A DNA stretch of 64,000 bases, from positions 158,226,001 to 158,290,000 of the forward strand of contig CM059431.1 of NCBI GenBank assembly GCA_030390025.1, given 5' to 3'. The position numbers and the translations under genes were made by a program. The DNA comes from Squalus acanthias (taxonomy: Eukaryota). Below the pieces are notes generated by a model. It did not search any database. It was not told where the DNA came from and saw only the letters and a list, made by a program, of their open reading frames with translations. Shown here piece by piece: positions 52,065-64,000 of the stretch. Every line of letters begins with the position of its first letter. Positions within the stretch are counted from its first letter, which is position 1.

Positions 52065-53504
52065 GAATATTGACACTTTTTTATTTCATTTTTTTTAACT
52101 CCAGGTGACTTCATCTATCACTATTCGAAAACAACCTTCCTTTTTCCGGCTTAAAATGTATCACTATTTCATAAATATTCTGTTTCAGCTCCAACAGCTT
52201 CATTAATTCCACTCTGTAGTCTCAGATGCGGATATTTGTCATCACTAATCATATCAGCTGATACCCTTCCCACTGCTTCATTCACCTATTCTGTGAAAAC
52301 ATTGTTGTTGGTGGGTTCAGATCGCGGCCGTCCCTTCCCTTTTCCCTGAACTCAACCTACCTGCCCCAAGAATTTGAACTCTTCCCCTTTACTCCAGCCA
52401 AGCAGTCTCACATTGACCTGCCTCATATTTCCCTCATTAAGCGGCCCAGTGCAAAACAATCCAGAGACCTTGTCTTTAATCTAGTGCCTCTGTCTCAATA
52501 TTCCCTCTATAAACGTATTTATATCCGTGTTACTGATACCGACCATGGGTAATTTCTTCTCTCCTTTCCTTTCAGATTGTTCTTCTCTCTGGCACCAGGG
52601 ATGCATATTCCCAATTGACACCTGCTCAGGGCTGAAGACGAGTCTGTCTATTCACCTGACTATAGAATCTCCCACCACTATTGCTATCCTATATTTGTTC
52701 CCACCTGCCTCTCACGTCTGCCCAACTCGGGGTGGCCTCCTGCTCTCTGGAGTCACACAGTTGCTCAGTAAAACCTCCTTCGAGTCACTAGCTCTATCTA
52801 GCTTACTGTCCCCAAAAAACAGGTATGTATTGGTCCGTTCCAATACTCATGGCTCCCTGCACCTGTGACTGCGGTGCCCCTCTAGAGGGTCACTCACTTC
52901 CCATTATGTACTCAGCTCATGTCCTGTTCCCTCTTCCTGTGTGAGCTGCAGGTGCTGCACGAGATCTGCTCTCTTTGTCGATGCAGAAATTATATTTTAA
53001 TGAGTTCTGTGAACCTACCTCTGTTATTTCTCATTATTCCTGAAATTGATGGATCCTTTGCCGTGTTTCGAACTTCGGCCATGCCGGTGACAGGCGTTCC
53101 CAGGGTCTGATGCTCTTTAATAAATATATTAATAGGAGGGTTAGGCAGAAATATTAAGATTAGAAGCAGTACGTTGCCTTATTAAACATGATATCAAGGC
53201 CCTCCTCACCCATCAGTACAGCAAACTGTTAGCTCTAGTTACCAGCATTTCCCGACTGTTACCATCACCACTCCAGATCAGGTGTGACACAGACAGCTGC
53301 CCAGTGAAATCCAGTGAGTCCCGCTGATCTTGAGTGTGCATTTTGTATGCCGCTCCAGTCCCGAGCCGTTCACTTCTATTTCCACTTTTTTCTCCCCTTT
53401 TTTCCTTTTCTCTCTAAACCTACCTGATCGCTCTCTCCAGTCGTCATACCTCCTTTCATCTCTGCTCTTTCGGATATACTGCTTTCCCAAATCCATATCA
53501 CAAT

Positions 53505-56500
53505 GCTTCCACATTCCCCTTCCACCTCAAACTTATATCATTCTGTGTAGAAAAATCTCTCTCCCAACTCTATTAAAAACTGCATTTACGAAATGCCAGC
53601 TATCCCACTTTTGGCCCTCCATTCACCACATACTTTCTTCAGCTCCCGATCACACCCACACCACCACCTTCGATGCCCTACTCCCTATTAAATCAATCAC
53701 ATTTTCTTACCCTGGCTTTTCCAATTGGTACCGACCTCATATCGCACCCTTAATTCCAAGAGACGCAGATTTGAACTGATATGGCGGACAATGGGTTTAG
53801 CCATTTGTCGCCAGTTCCGGCTGGACCACATAAAGCATTATTGGGTCCTGCTCTCTTCTGCAAAAATTGCTCACTATTCCAAAATCATTCTGGAATGCAA
53901 AGACAAACCCCGGCTTCTATTCTCCACTGCTAACCATCTTCTTAAACCTCTCTCCCCTGTCTCCTCTACCCTCACATCCAACAACAATTGCGAGAGGCTC
54001 ATAAATGTATTTGTCTCTGAGATTCAGACCATCCGATCAGCTGCCTCTGCCACTTCGCATCCTTCCCCTATCCAACCGGGAAAATATTCAATAACGTTCG
54101 CTCTGCCCTAGCCCTGAACTCGCATCTTTCACCAGCTTCTCTCTGGTCTCCTCCCCTGACCTCTCTCTCACTCATCGTATCTATGAGACACAGTTCCTGC
54201 TCGCTCGATCCTATTCCCAGCTAACTGCAGACCACCAATTTCCTTTTTTGGCTCCCATGTTAGCTGACATTATTAATGACTCTCTCTCCTCAGGTACTGT
54301 CCCTCTCTCCTTCAAATCTGCCGATATCACCACTCTCCTCAAATAAATAACTCTCGACTGCTCCGTCCTTGCAAATTTACCCTGCAACTCCAACTTCCCT
54401 TTTCGCTCCAAATTCATTGAACATGTTCTTGCCTTCCAAAGCTATTCCCATCCTTCCTGGAACTCCATATTTGAGTGCCTCCAATCGGTTTTCCGCCCTT
54501 GCCACAGTAATGAAACGGCTCTCATCAAGGTCACAAATGACATCCTTTGTGACTGCGAAAAAGACAAATTATGCCTCCTCGGCCTTCTTGACTTCTCAGC
54601 ACCCTTTGACACGCTTGACCACTCCACACTCCTCCAACGCCTTTCCACCGTCGTTCAGCTGTTTGGGACTGCACTCGTCTGGTTCCATTCTTATTCATCA
54701 TAGACAGAGAATCACCTGCAATGGCTTCTCTTCTCACTCGCGCATCACTGCCTCTGGTTTCCGCCAAGAATCTATCCTTGACCCCTTCCTATTTTTCATC
54801 TACATGCTGCCCACTGACAACATCATCGGAAAACAAAGCTTCAGTTTCCACGTTTAAGCTGACGACACGCAGCTCCAGATCACTACCACTTCTCTCGACC
54901 CCTTCACTGTCTCTAAATTGTCAGACTGCTTGTCCGACATCCCGTTCTGGATGAGCAGAAATTTTCTCCAGTTAAATATTGTGAAGCCATTTTTTTCATT
55001 CCCCGTCACTGACTCCATCGCTCTTCCTAACATCTGTCTGAGGTTGTACCACACTTTTTGCAATTTTGGATTCAGATTTGTGCCTGAAAGGAGCCTCCGA
55101 CAATGTTTCCGCGGCCTAACTAAGACCGCCTATTTCCACCTCCACCATCGCTTGTCTCCAAACCTGCATCAGAACATCTGCTCCTGAAACCCGCATCCAT
55201 GCCTTTGTTACCTCTAGATTTGACTGTTCTAAAACACTTCTGGCTGGCCACCCACATTCTACCCTACGTAAATTAGAGGCCACCCTAAACTCGGGTGCCA
55301 GTGTCCTAACTCGCACCAAGTCCCATTCACCCATCACCCCTGTTCTCGCAGACCTTGGACAACGTGGACAACTTTCCATACCGCGGGAACCTACTGTAAA
55401 CATGTGCGTCGATGACGAAGTCCAACACTGCCTTCAGTGTGCCAGTGCAGCCTTCGTTCGCCTGAGGAAGAGAGTCTTTGAAGACCAGGACCGCAAACCC
55501 AGCACCAAGCTAATGGTCAACTGAGCAGTAGTGATACCCTCCCTCCTGTATGCTTCGGAGTCATGGAGCAAGTACAGCAAGCACCTCAAAGATCTGGAGA
55601 GGTAAAACCAAAGCTGCCTCACCAAGATCCTGCAAATCTATTGGCTGGATATGCGCACCAACATCAGTGTTCTCGCTCAGGCCAACATCGAAGCTTTCAC
55701 CATGTTGGATCAGTTCCGATGGACGGGCCACATCGTCCGCATGCCCGATACGAGACTCCCAAAACAAGAGCTGTACTCGGAGCTCCGACACAGCAAGAGA
55801 AACCCAGAAGGGCTTAGGACACGCTTCGAGGACACCCGCAAAGCCTGCTTGAAAAAGTGCAACATCCCCACCGACACCTGGGAATTCCTGGCCCAAGACC
55901 AGACAAGGTGGAAGTGAAGCACACGGGAAGGCGCCGATCACCTCGAGCCTCTTCGCCGGGAGCAAGCGGAAGCCAAGTGCAAATAGCGGAAGGAGCGCAG
56001 GTCAAACCAAGCACCACACCCACCCGGTACTTCAACCACCGTCTGCCCCATCTATGACAGAAATTGTAGGTACCGCATTGTACTCATCGGGGAACTAATA
56101 TTTAGTGTCGAAGCAAGTCATCCTCGGTTCCGAGGGACTGCATAAGAAGAAGAGACATTGGATGCCGGTTAAGCAACGCCTCGATTTCAAAATTCTCACC
56201 CTTCTTTTCAATTCCATCCGTGGCCTCCCACCTCCCTACCTCTAATCTCTTCCAGCCTCCCCGCCCCACCCCAAGATAGATGCGCACCTATAATTCAGCC
56301 CATTTGCGCATCCCTGATTATATTCGCTCAACTATTGGTGGCCGTGCCTTCAGTTGCCAAGGCTCTAAGCTGTGGATATCCCTCATTAAACCTCTCCGCC
56401 TCTCTCCTCTCTGCCTCTATTTCACTTCTTTATATCGCTCCTTAAAACCTACCTGTTTGACCAATCTTTTAGTCATCTGCGCTAATTTCACCTTATGTGT

Positions 56501-56520
56501 CACGGTGTCAATTTATTTCC
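53505..56520 (+). mobile_element. L2 LINE remnant, unit 3
   Basis: Collinear with unit 1; the YADD Tyr codon is mutated to TAA at ~54855. Confidence 0.9.
55356..56154 (+). mobile_element. RTE-clade fragment nested in L2, unit 3
   Basis: RWTGHIVRMPDTRLPKQELY; same junctions as unit 1. Confidence 0.88.
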
Positions 56521-56599
56521 CTATAACAACAACTTTTATACGTATAGCGCGTTTAACGTCCTAAAATGTCCCAAGGCACTGCACAGGACTATTATAAGA

Positions 56600-56992
56600 C
56601 AAAAATGAAGTACTGCAGATGCTCGAAATCTGAAATAAAAACAGAAAGTACTGGAGAACCTCAGCAACTGTGAAGAGAGAAACATGAATTAACGTTTCAG
56701 GTCGATTACCTTTCGTCAGAATTTGAAAAAAGCAGGACATGAAACAGATTTTTAAGCAAGTGTAGAGGTTGGGAAAGTGAGGAGCGGATGAAAGAACAAA
56801 AGGGAAGGTCTGTGATTGGATATAAGGCGGAAGAGGTTAAGAGACATTAAGAGATATTCAAGGCAAAAGGAGAAGGTAATGGGACAGATTAATGAAACAA
56901 ACGATGGCTCTCGATTAAGTGTAAATTGCGCTGGCAGAATGAAAGACAGCTGCCATGTGGGGGAAAAGATAAAAAAGACAAAGAGTGTGGAT

Positions 56993-57026
<34 letters not shown>

Positions 57027-57817
57027 AGGGGCCGAGGTTATAACCTGAAATTGTTGAACTCTATTTTGAGTCCAGAAGTCTGTAAAGTGCCAAATCGAAA
57101 GATGAGGTATGGTTGCTCAAGCTTACGCTGAGCTTCCGTGGAACAATGCAAGAGGCTGAGGACGGTGAGGTCTGAGTGGGTGTGGAGCGGTGAGTTAAAG
57201 TGACAGGCGATCGGAAGCTCGGGGTCCCCCCTACGGAATGAATGCAGGTGTTCCGCAAAGCGATCACCCAAGCTGCGTTTGGTCTCCCCAATGTAGAGGA
57301 GACCACATCCTGAGCAGCGAATACATTATGCTGAATTGCAAGAAGTACAAGTCAATCGCTGTTTCACATGGAAGGGGTGTTTCGGGCCCTGGACAGCTGG
57401 AAGGATGGAGGTATAAGGGCATGTGTTGCATCTCCTGCGCTTGCACGGGAAGGTGCCGGGCGAAGGGGAAGGGCAGTTGGGAGTGATAGAGGAGTGAACT
57501 AGGCTGTTGCGGAGGGAGCGGTCCCTATGGAATGCTGAAAGTGGAGGTGAGGGGAAAATGCATTTGGTGGTGTCATCACGCTAGAGGTGGCGGAAATGGC
57601 GGAGGATGATCCGTTGAATGTGGAGGCTGGTGGGGTGAAAGTTGAGGACAAGGGGAACTCTGTCGTGGTTCCGGGAGGGAGAGGTAGGGATGAGGGCAGA
57701 AGTGCGGGAGATAGAACGGACATGGTCAAGCGCCGTGTCAACCAATGTAGCGGGTAATCCTCGTTGAGGAAAAAGGAAGACATGTCAGAAGCACTGGTAT
57801 GGAAGGTGGCATCGTGA
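56600..57817 (-). mobile_element. Penelope-like element 3' part, unit 3
   Basis: GDRFAEHLHS (ORF 57038-57271); contains an expanded (TA)n at ~56996-57023. Confidence 0.9.
56687..56723 (-). ncRNA. Minimal hammerhead motif, unit 3 (one stem II mismatch)
   Basis: CTGACGA-A-AGGTA-ATC-GACCT-GAAACGTT; catalytic cores intact. Confidence 0.7.
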
Positions 57818-59460
57818 GACACCCTCACTGCCCCAGCCGCGACACCCTCACTGACCCAGTCCCGACACCCTCACTGATTCAGTCCCGACACCCTCTCTGA
57901 CCAGCCCCAACACCCTCACTGACCCAGTCCCGACACCCTCTCTCACCAGCCCCAAAATCCTCTCTGACCAGCCTCAACACCTTCACTGACCAGCCCCGAC
58001 ATTATCACTGACCAACCTACACAACGACAACCAACTTACGCAGGCCAGCACCGACACCCCACTGACCCAGCCCAACACCGACACCCCACTGACCCAGCCC
58101 TACACCGACACCCCACTGACCCAGCCCTACACCGGCAACCCACTGACACAACCACACTCCGACAAACCACAGACCCATTCCCCACACCGACACCCCACTG
58201 TCCCAGCCGAACACCGCACCCCACTGACCCAGTCCTACACCGACACTCCACTGACCAAGTCCTACACCAACACCCCACTGACACAGCCCAAAACCGCCCC
58301 ACTCAGTGACCCTACACCGACAGCCCAGAGACACAGCTCAACACCGAAACCCTACTGACACAGCACTTCAACGACACCCCACTGACCCAGCCCAACACCG
58401 ACACCCTCACTGACCCAGCACAACAACGACACCACAATGACCCAGCCCAACACCGACACCCCACTGACCAAGTCCTAAATCGATACACCACTTACCCAGG
58501 CCAAAACCGACATCCTCTCTGACCCAGGCCGACACCGACACTCGCTGACCAAGCCCAACATCGACACCTCACTGACTCAGTCCAACACCGACACCCCACT
58601 GGACAAGACTTAGACCGCCAGCCCACTGACACAATCCAACACTGACACCCCACAGACCCAGCCCAACTCCGATACCCTCACTGACCCAACAGCGACAACC
58701 CAGTAACCTTACATAAAGATCGACACCCCACTGACACAGACCTACAACGGCACCACACTGAGAAACCCGAACACAGAAACACCACTAACACAGGCCAAAA
58801 CCGACACCCCAATGACCCAGCCCGACACTGAATCCCTCACTGGCACGACAGCGACACCCCACTGACACAGCCCAACAAAACACCCACTTACCCAGCGCTT
58901 CACCGAAACCCTACTCACCCAGCCCAATAGCGAAACCATACAGACCCAGCCCAACACCGAAATCCCACTGACACAGCCCAATACTGAAACCATACAGACC
59001 CAGCCCAACACCGAAATCCCACTGACACAGCCCAACAACGAAACCCTGCTCACCCAGCCCAACACCGAAATCACACTGACACAGCACAACACCGAAACTC
59101 CACTGACACAGACCAATACCGAAACCATACAGACACAGCCCAACACCGACACTCCGCTGACCCAGTCCTGCACCGAAACCCCACTGTCCCAGCCAAACAG
59201 CGACAACAAACTGACACCCTCACTGACACAACATCGACAACCCACTGACATTGACCAAGACCGACCCACTACTTAGCCAGCCCTACACTGACACCGCACT
59301 TACCTAGACCGAACCCGACCTCCACTGAAGCACCCTACCCCGACACCCCACTGACCCTGCCCTACACTGACAACCGACTCACCCAGACCAACACAAACAC
59401 CCCACTCACCCTGCCCAACACTGCACTTACCCAACTCGACAATGACAATCCACGGACCCA
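57818..59460. repeat. C/A-rich minisatellite, unit 3 (short)
   Basis: Same core; about 3.5 kb shorter than the other two arrays. Confidence 0.95.
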
Positions 59461-59712
59461 GCCCCACCCCACGTAAAGGCATTGCACCGTGTCTGGCACA
59501 AGAGGGCGGACGGAGTACTCCAGGGCACCGAGCACGCATGCTGGCACTGTAGCTAATCTGGCAGGAATTTGCGGACACGCTGAATGTGCTGAAATATATC
59601 TGCAGGTCCCAGGGACTGATTCCGAATGAGATGACGTACAGCAAAGATCCTGGCTGGGTGGAATAGCCAAATACCCAACTTATCGCGTTAATGAGGCAAA
59701 AACTTCAGGCCT

Positions 59713-60120
59713 CCACAACAACAGCTTTCATGTATATAGCTGTTCTGGTGTAATAAGATGTCCAAAGAACTTCGCAGGAGCCCTATCAAACAAAACGTCT
59801 CACCGAGCTACACATAAGGACAGGTGACGAAAAGCTTAGCCAAAGAGGTGGATTTTAAGGAGCGTCTTAAAGGAGAGAGCGGGAATTCCAGACTTTATGG
59901 CAGTAGAAGGAATGGCCACCAATGCCGGAGTGATTAAAATCGGAGGTGCACAAGACGCCTGAATTAGATGATCAGAGTGATCTCGAGGGCTTGTGTTGGA
60001 GGAGGTGACATAGATAGGGACTGCGAGGACATGGAGGGTTTTGAAAACCAGGATGAGAATTTTTAAATCGATGTGTTGCCGGATCGTGTGCCAATGTAGG
60101 TCAGAAAGCCCTCGGGAGAT
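59713..60120 (-). mobile_element. L2 3' fragment, degraded
   Basis: Similar to 11567-12030 and 13693-14130 (ttttaaggagcgtcttaaagg, gggaattccag). Confidence 0.75.
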
Positions 60121-60204
60121 GGATGCTTTCTATTTCAGATCTCTACAGACACGTCTCAGAATAGCTGCTTCAAATCCGTGAAATAAAACGTGTCTACAGC
60201 TAAT

Positions 60205-60298
60205 ATAAAAGCAAAATACTGCGGATGCTGCAAATATGAAACAAAAACAGAAATTGCTGGAAATGCTCAGCCGTTCTGGCAGCATTTCTGGAGAGAGA
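60205..60298 (-). mobile_element. Short Penelope terminal fragment, truncated before the hammerhead
   Basis: Similar to 25572-25662 (tactgc.gatgctg.aaat.tgaaa...ctggcagcat). Confidence 0.7.
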
Positions 60299-60774
60299 AT
60301 TTTCTAATTCTAATCCGTTCTAGCCACCCCTTTATTTCTAAATGTTCACTAATTCAACCTGGATTTACAGATTCGAACAGTTTAATCACAAATAACAGAC
60401 AAAGTGGCTGATCCTCTCTCCCCATTTTAACAGAGACATTGTTTGGGCTCTTTCAGTCCAGCTATATATTTCTGATATTGTATGACGGTTGAGAAATTGT
60501 GGTCAAAGTCCCTTTTATCACCCCTCTTATTTCATTTAATAGCACGAGGGGCATTATCTCTGGGTCCAGTGACTTATCCACCTCAGCTATTCGTCTCAGA
60601 TCCAAATCCTTCTCTACAGTGATCTCTTAATATGGACCCACATCCTCTTCTTGTACATCAACATTTTCACTTCCAGCATCAAAGGAAATATTCTGTATCT
60701 CCCCAAACCTTCACCCTCCACGAGTTTCCCCCAGCTCCCCATCTATCTCACCTCCACTGCAACAGGAAATTCTC

Positions 60775-63700
60775 TTAGTAAAGGGAAATCCCAGGCCCTG
60801 TCCTATAGAGAAGAAATCACATCTCTCAGACCTGTGACTTTCAAAATGCCTTTGGAATGATTTGTAAATTTACAGGAACAACAGTCAATCGTAAATCCAA
60901 TTCATTGGAATGTTGATCCTATTTTATTTTACATTTGTTTAACAACAATCACTTCATCTCTCACTACTCGAAAACAACCTTCCTTTATCCAGCTAATAAT
61001 TTTTCACTATTACATAAATATTCTGTTTCAGCTCGAACAGTTTTATTAATTCCGCTCTCTAGTCTCAGATGCGGATAATTCCCACCCTACAGTCATATCA
61101 GATGATAACCTTCAAACTGCTCCACTCACCTATTCTGCAAAACCATTGTTGCTGTTGGGTTCACATCGCGGCCAACTTTCCCTTCTCCCCAAACTCACTC
61201 CAGTGCGCCAACGGCGTGAACCCTTCCCTCGTCCTTCAGCAAACCAGTCCGACTTTGACCTAATACATATTTCCCTCATTAAGCATCTCAGTGCTAAACA
61301 ATCTAGAGATCACAACCTTGAAACCTTGTCTTTAGTCTAGTGCCTCAGTCTCAATATTCTACTTTCTAAACGTATTTCTATCCGTGTTACTGATTCCGAG
61401 AATGGGTAATTTCTGCTCTCCTATCCTTCCCAGAGACCTTCCCACCTGTTCCAGGATGTTCTACCCTTTGGCACCAGGGAGGCAACTTATCATTTTGCAC
61501 CAGCTCAGGGCTGCAGACGAGTCTGTATATTCCCCTGAATATAAAAATTCCTACCACTATTCATCTCTTTTTCCTGTGCCCCACCTGCCTCTCACCCCAC
61601 GCGGGGTGGCCTCCTGTTCCCTGCTACCAAACTATTGCTCAGGAAGACCCTCCTCTTAGTCACTGTTTCTATCCATCTTACAGTCCCCAGAACCGGTTGT
61701 CTATTGGACAGTTCCTGTACTTGGGGGCTCCCTTCACCTGTGACTGCGGGGGAAGTCATAATGGGGAACAAAGAAAAGGCAGACCAATTAAATGCATATT
61801 TTGGTTCTGTCTTCACAAAGGAGGACACAAATAACCTCCCAGAGAAGCTGGAGAACATACGGTCTGATGAAAGGGAGGAACTGAAAGAAATCTGTATTTG
61901 CAGGGAAATGGTGTTCGGGCAATTGACGGGATTGAAGGCCGATAAATCCCCAGAGCCTGATAATCTACATCCTAGGGTACTTAACGAAGTGGCGCTAGAA
62001 ATAGTAGATGCATTGCAATACATCTTCCAACATTCGATGGAATCTGGATCTGTATCCATGGATTGGAGGCTAGCTAATGTTATCCTACTATTCAAAAAGG
62101 GTGGTAGAGAGAAAGCGGGGAATTACAAACATCGGTAGTGGGGAAAATGCTAGAGTCCATTATAAAGGATGTAATAGCTGAGCACTTGAAAAACAGTGAC
62201 AGGATCGGACAAAGTCAACATGGATTTACAAAAGGTAAATCGTGCTTGACTGATCTACTGGAAATCTTTGAGAATGTAACTGGGAAAATAGATAAGGGAG
62301 AACCAGTAGATGTGATGTATTTGGACTTTCAAAAGGCTTTCGATAAGGTCCCGCATGAGAGATTAGCGTGTAAAGTTAAGGCACATGGGATTGGGGGCAA
62401 GGTATTGACTTGGATAGAGAACTGGTTGGCGGACAGAAAACAAAGAGTAGGAATTAATGGGTCTTTTTCTGAGCGACAAGCAGTGACTAGTGGGGTACCG
62501 CAGGGATCGGTCCTTGGACCCCAGCTATTCACAATATGCATTAATGATCTAGATAAGGGAACAAAATGTAATAACTCCAAATTTGCCGATGACACAAAGC
62601 TGGGTGGGAGTGTGTGCTCTGAGGAGGATACCGAGAAACTCCAGGATGATTTGGACAGGTTGGGTGAGTGGGCAGAAGCGTGGCAGATGCAATATAACGT
62701 GGATAAATGCGAGGTTATCCACGTTGGTGTCAAAAACAGAAAGGCAGACTATTATCTGAATGGCAATAGATTGGGAGAAGGGGAAGTGCAACGAGACCTG
62801 GCTGTCCTTGTGCACCAGTCGCTGAAGGTAAGCATGCAGGTGCAGCAGGCGGTGAAGAAGGCAAATGATATGTTGGCCTTCATAGCGAAAGGGTTTGAGT
62901 TTAGGAACAGTGATGTCCTGCTGCAGTTGTACAGGGCCTTGGTGAGACCACACCTTGAATATTGTGTGCCGTTTTGGTCACCTTATCTGAGGAAGTATGT
63001 TCTTGCGATGGAGGGAGGTCAGCGAAGATTCACAAGGCTGATACCTGGGATGGCAGGAATGACATATGAGGAGAGATTGGGTCGATTGGGCTTATACTCG
63101 CTTTAGTATAGAAGAATGAGAGCGGATCTCATCGAAACATATACAATTCTGACAGGTCTGGACAAACTAGATGCAGGAAGAATGTTCCCGATGGCCGGAG
63201 AGTCCAGAACCAGGGGTCATAATCTAATGATAAGGGGTAAGCCATTTCGGACAGAAATGAGGAAGAATATCTTCACCCAGAGTGTGGTGAACCTGTGGAA
63301 TTCTCTACCACAGAAGATAGTTGAGGCCAAGTCATTAAATATATTAAAGAATGTGTTAGATATATTCCTTAGAGCTAAAGGTGTCAAGGGATATGGGGAG
63401 AAGGCAGGTACAGGGTACTGAGTTTGGATGATCAGCCATGATCTCATTGAATGGCCGAAAGGCCTACTCCTGCTCCTATCTTCTATGTTTCTATGTTTCC
63501 CTTTAGATGGTCACTCCCTTTGATCTTTCTACTCAGCCTCTGTCCTGTTCCATCTTCCTGTGTGAAGTGCAGTTGCTTGCACGAGATCTGGACCCTCTGT
63601 CAGGACAGAAATTATATTTAAGAGTATTTTCTGAACTTACCTGTGTCCACTCTTATTCTTTTGGAAGATGCTGGATCTTCTCCCCTGTTTGGACCTTCAG

Positions 63701-64000
63701 CCATGTTGGGAACAGGCATTCCCAAATTCTGATTCTCTGTAATAAATATAATATTAACAGGAGTGTTCGTTGGAAATATTAAAATGAGAAGGAGAACGCT
63801 GCCTTGTTAAACATGATATCAAGTCCCTCCTCCCCCATCAGTACAACAGCTGTTAGCTCCGGGATCGAGCATTTCCCGAGTGTTACGACCAACACTTCAC
63901 ATCAGTTGTGACACAGAGAGCTGCCAAGTGAAAACCAGTGAGGCCCGCTGATCTTGCGTGTGCACTTCTATTTCCACTTTTTTCTCCCCTTTTCCTTTTC
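60775..64000. repeat. Older segmental paralogue of 16185-16324 joined to 21020-22370
   Basis: gaaatcccaggccctgtcctataga...aaatccaattc matches ~16197-16315 and runs directly into sequence matching 21020 onward. Confidence 0.85.
61750..63496 (+). mobile_element. 5'-truncated, comparatively young CR1 LINE (RT domain + 3' UTR)
   Basis: ORFs 61635-62138, 62138-63106 ([31 protein letters not shown]) and 63116-63421; tail ttctatgtttctatgt; splits gactgcgg|t.ccct.taga seen intact at ~21830. Confidence 0.93.

Larger units (their letters stand above)
16474..59659. repeat. Head-to-tail tandem triplication; units 16474-32097, 32098-47688, 47689-59659
   Basis: Same element order in each unit; the same novel junction ...gctgggt|tcctgcctctaccaccc at 32098 and 47689; unrearranged flanks at 16474 and 59659. 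Confidence 0.95.

Noticed and set aside
26788..59460. Minisatellite arrays as CRISPR arrays
   Set aside because: Units are directly tandem and degenerate with no unique spacers, there are no cas genes, and the context is eukaryotic.
62138..63106. 322-aa RT ORF as an active or novel RT system
   Set aside because: It is an ordinary 5'-truncated CR1 with no endonuclease or ORF1, broken by a deletion/frameshift at ~62138 and a stop at 63106.

Overview
This is a repeat-saturated vertebrate genomic window. The repeat families (CR1 LINEs with esterase ORF1, L2, RTE, Penelope with a hammerhead, a Deu-domain SINE) look like those of cartilaginous fish, but the taxon is an inference. No intact protein-coding gene, rRNA, tRNA or CRISPR array is visible; essentially all long ORFs are retrotransposon remnants or read-throughs of tandem repeats. 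The main structure is a head-to-tail triplication from 16474 to 59659 (units about 15.6, 15.6 and 12.0 kb). Each unit carries a near-full-length CR1 with a 45-bp monomer array at its 5' end, an old CR1 remnant, an L2 with a nested RTE, a Penelope fragment with a minimal hammerhead ribozyme, and a C/A-rich 22-27 bp minisatellite. Older paralogues of parts of the unit, at about 8.7-11.6 kb and 60.8-64 kb, preserve the empty insertion sites, so the order of insertions can be read directly. The most interesting non-LINE island is 12.1-13.3 kb. It holds a 740-bp MITE-like element with TIRs, a 3-bp TSD and several perfect hairpins, flanked by two phase-compatible candidate minus-strand micro-exons (joined: MRDMIILYFRNNADFGMYC) that I cannot assign to a gene. 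I found no convincing new biological system; the findings are structural and evolutionary leads. Element boundaries read by eye are approximate unless junction sequence is quoted.
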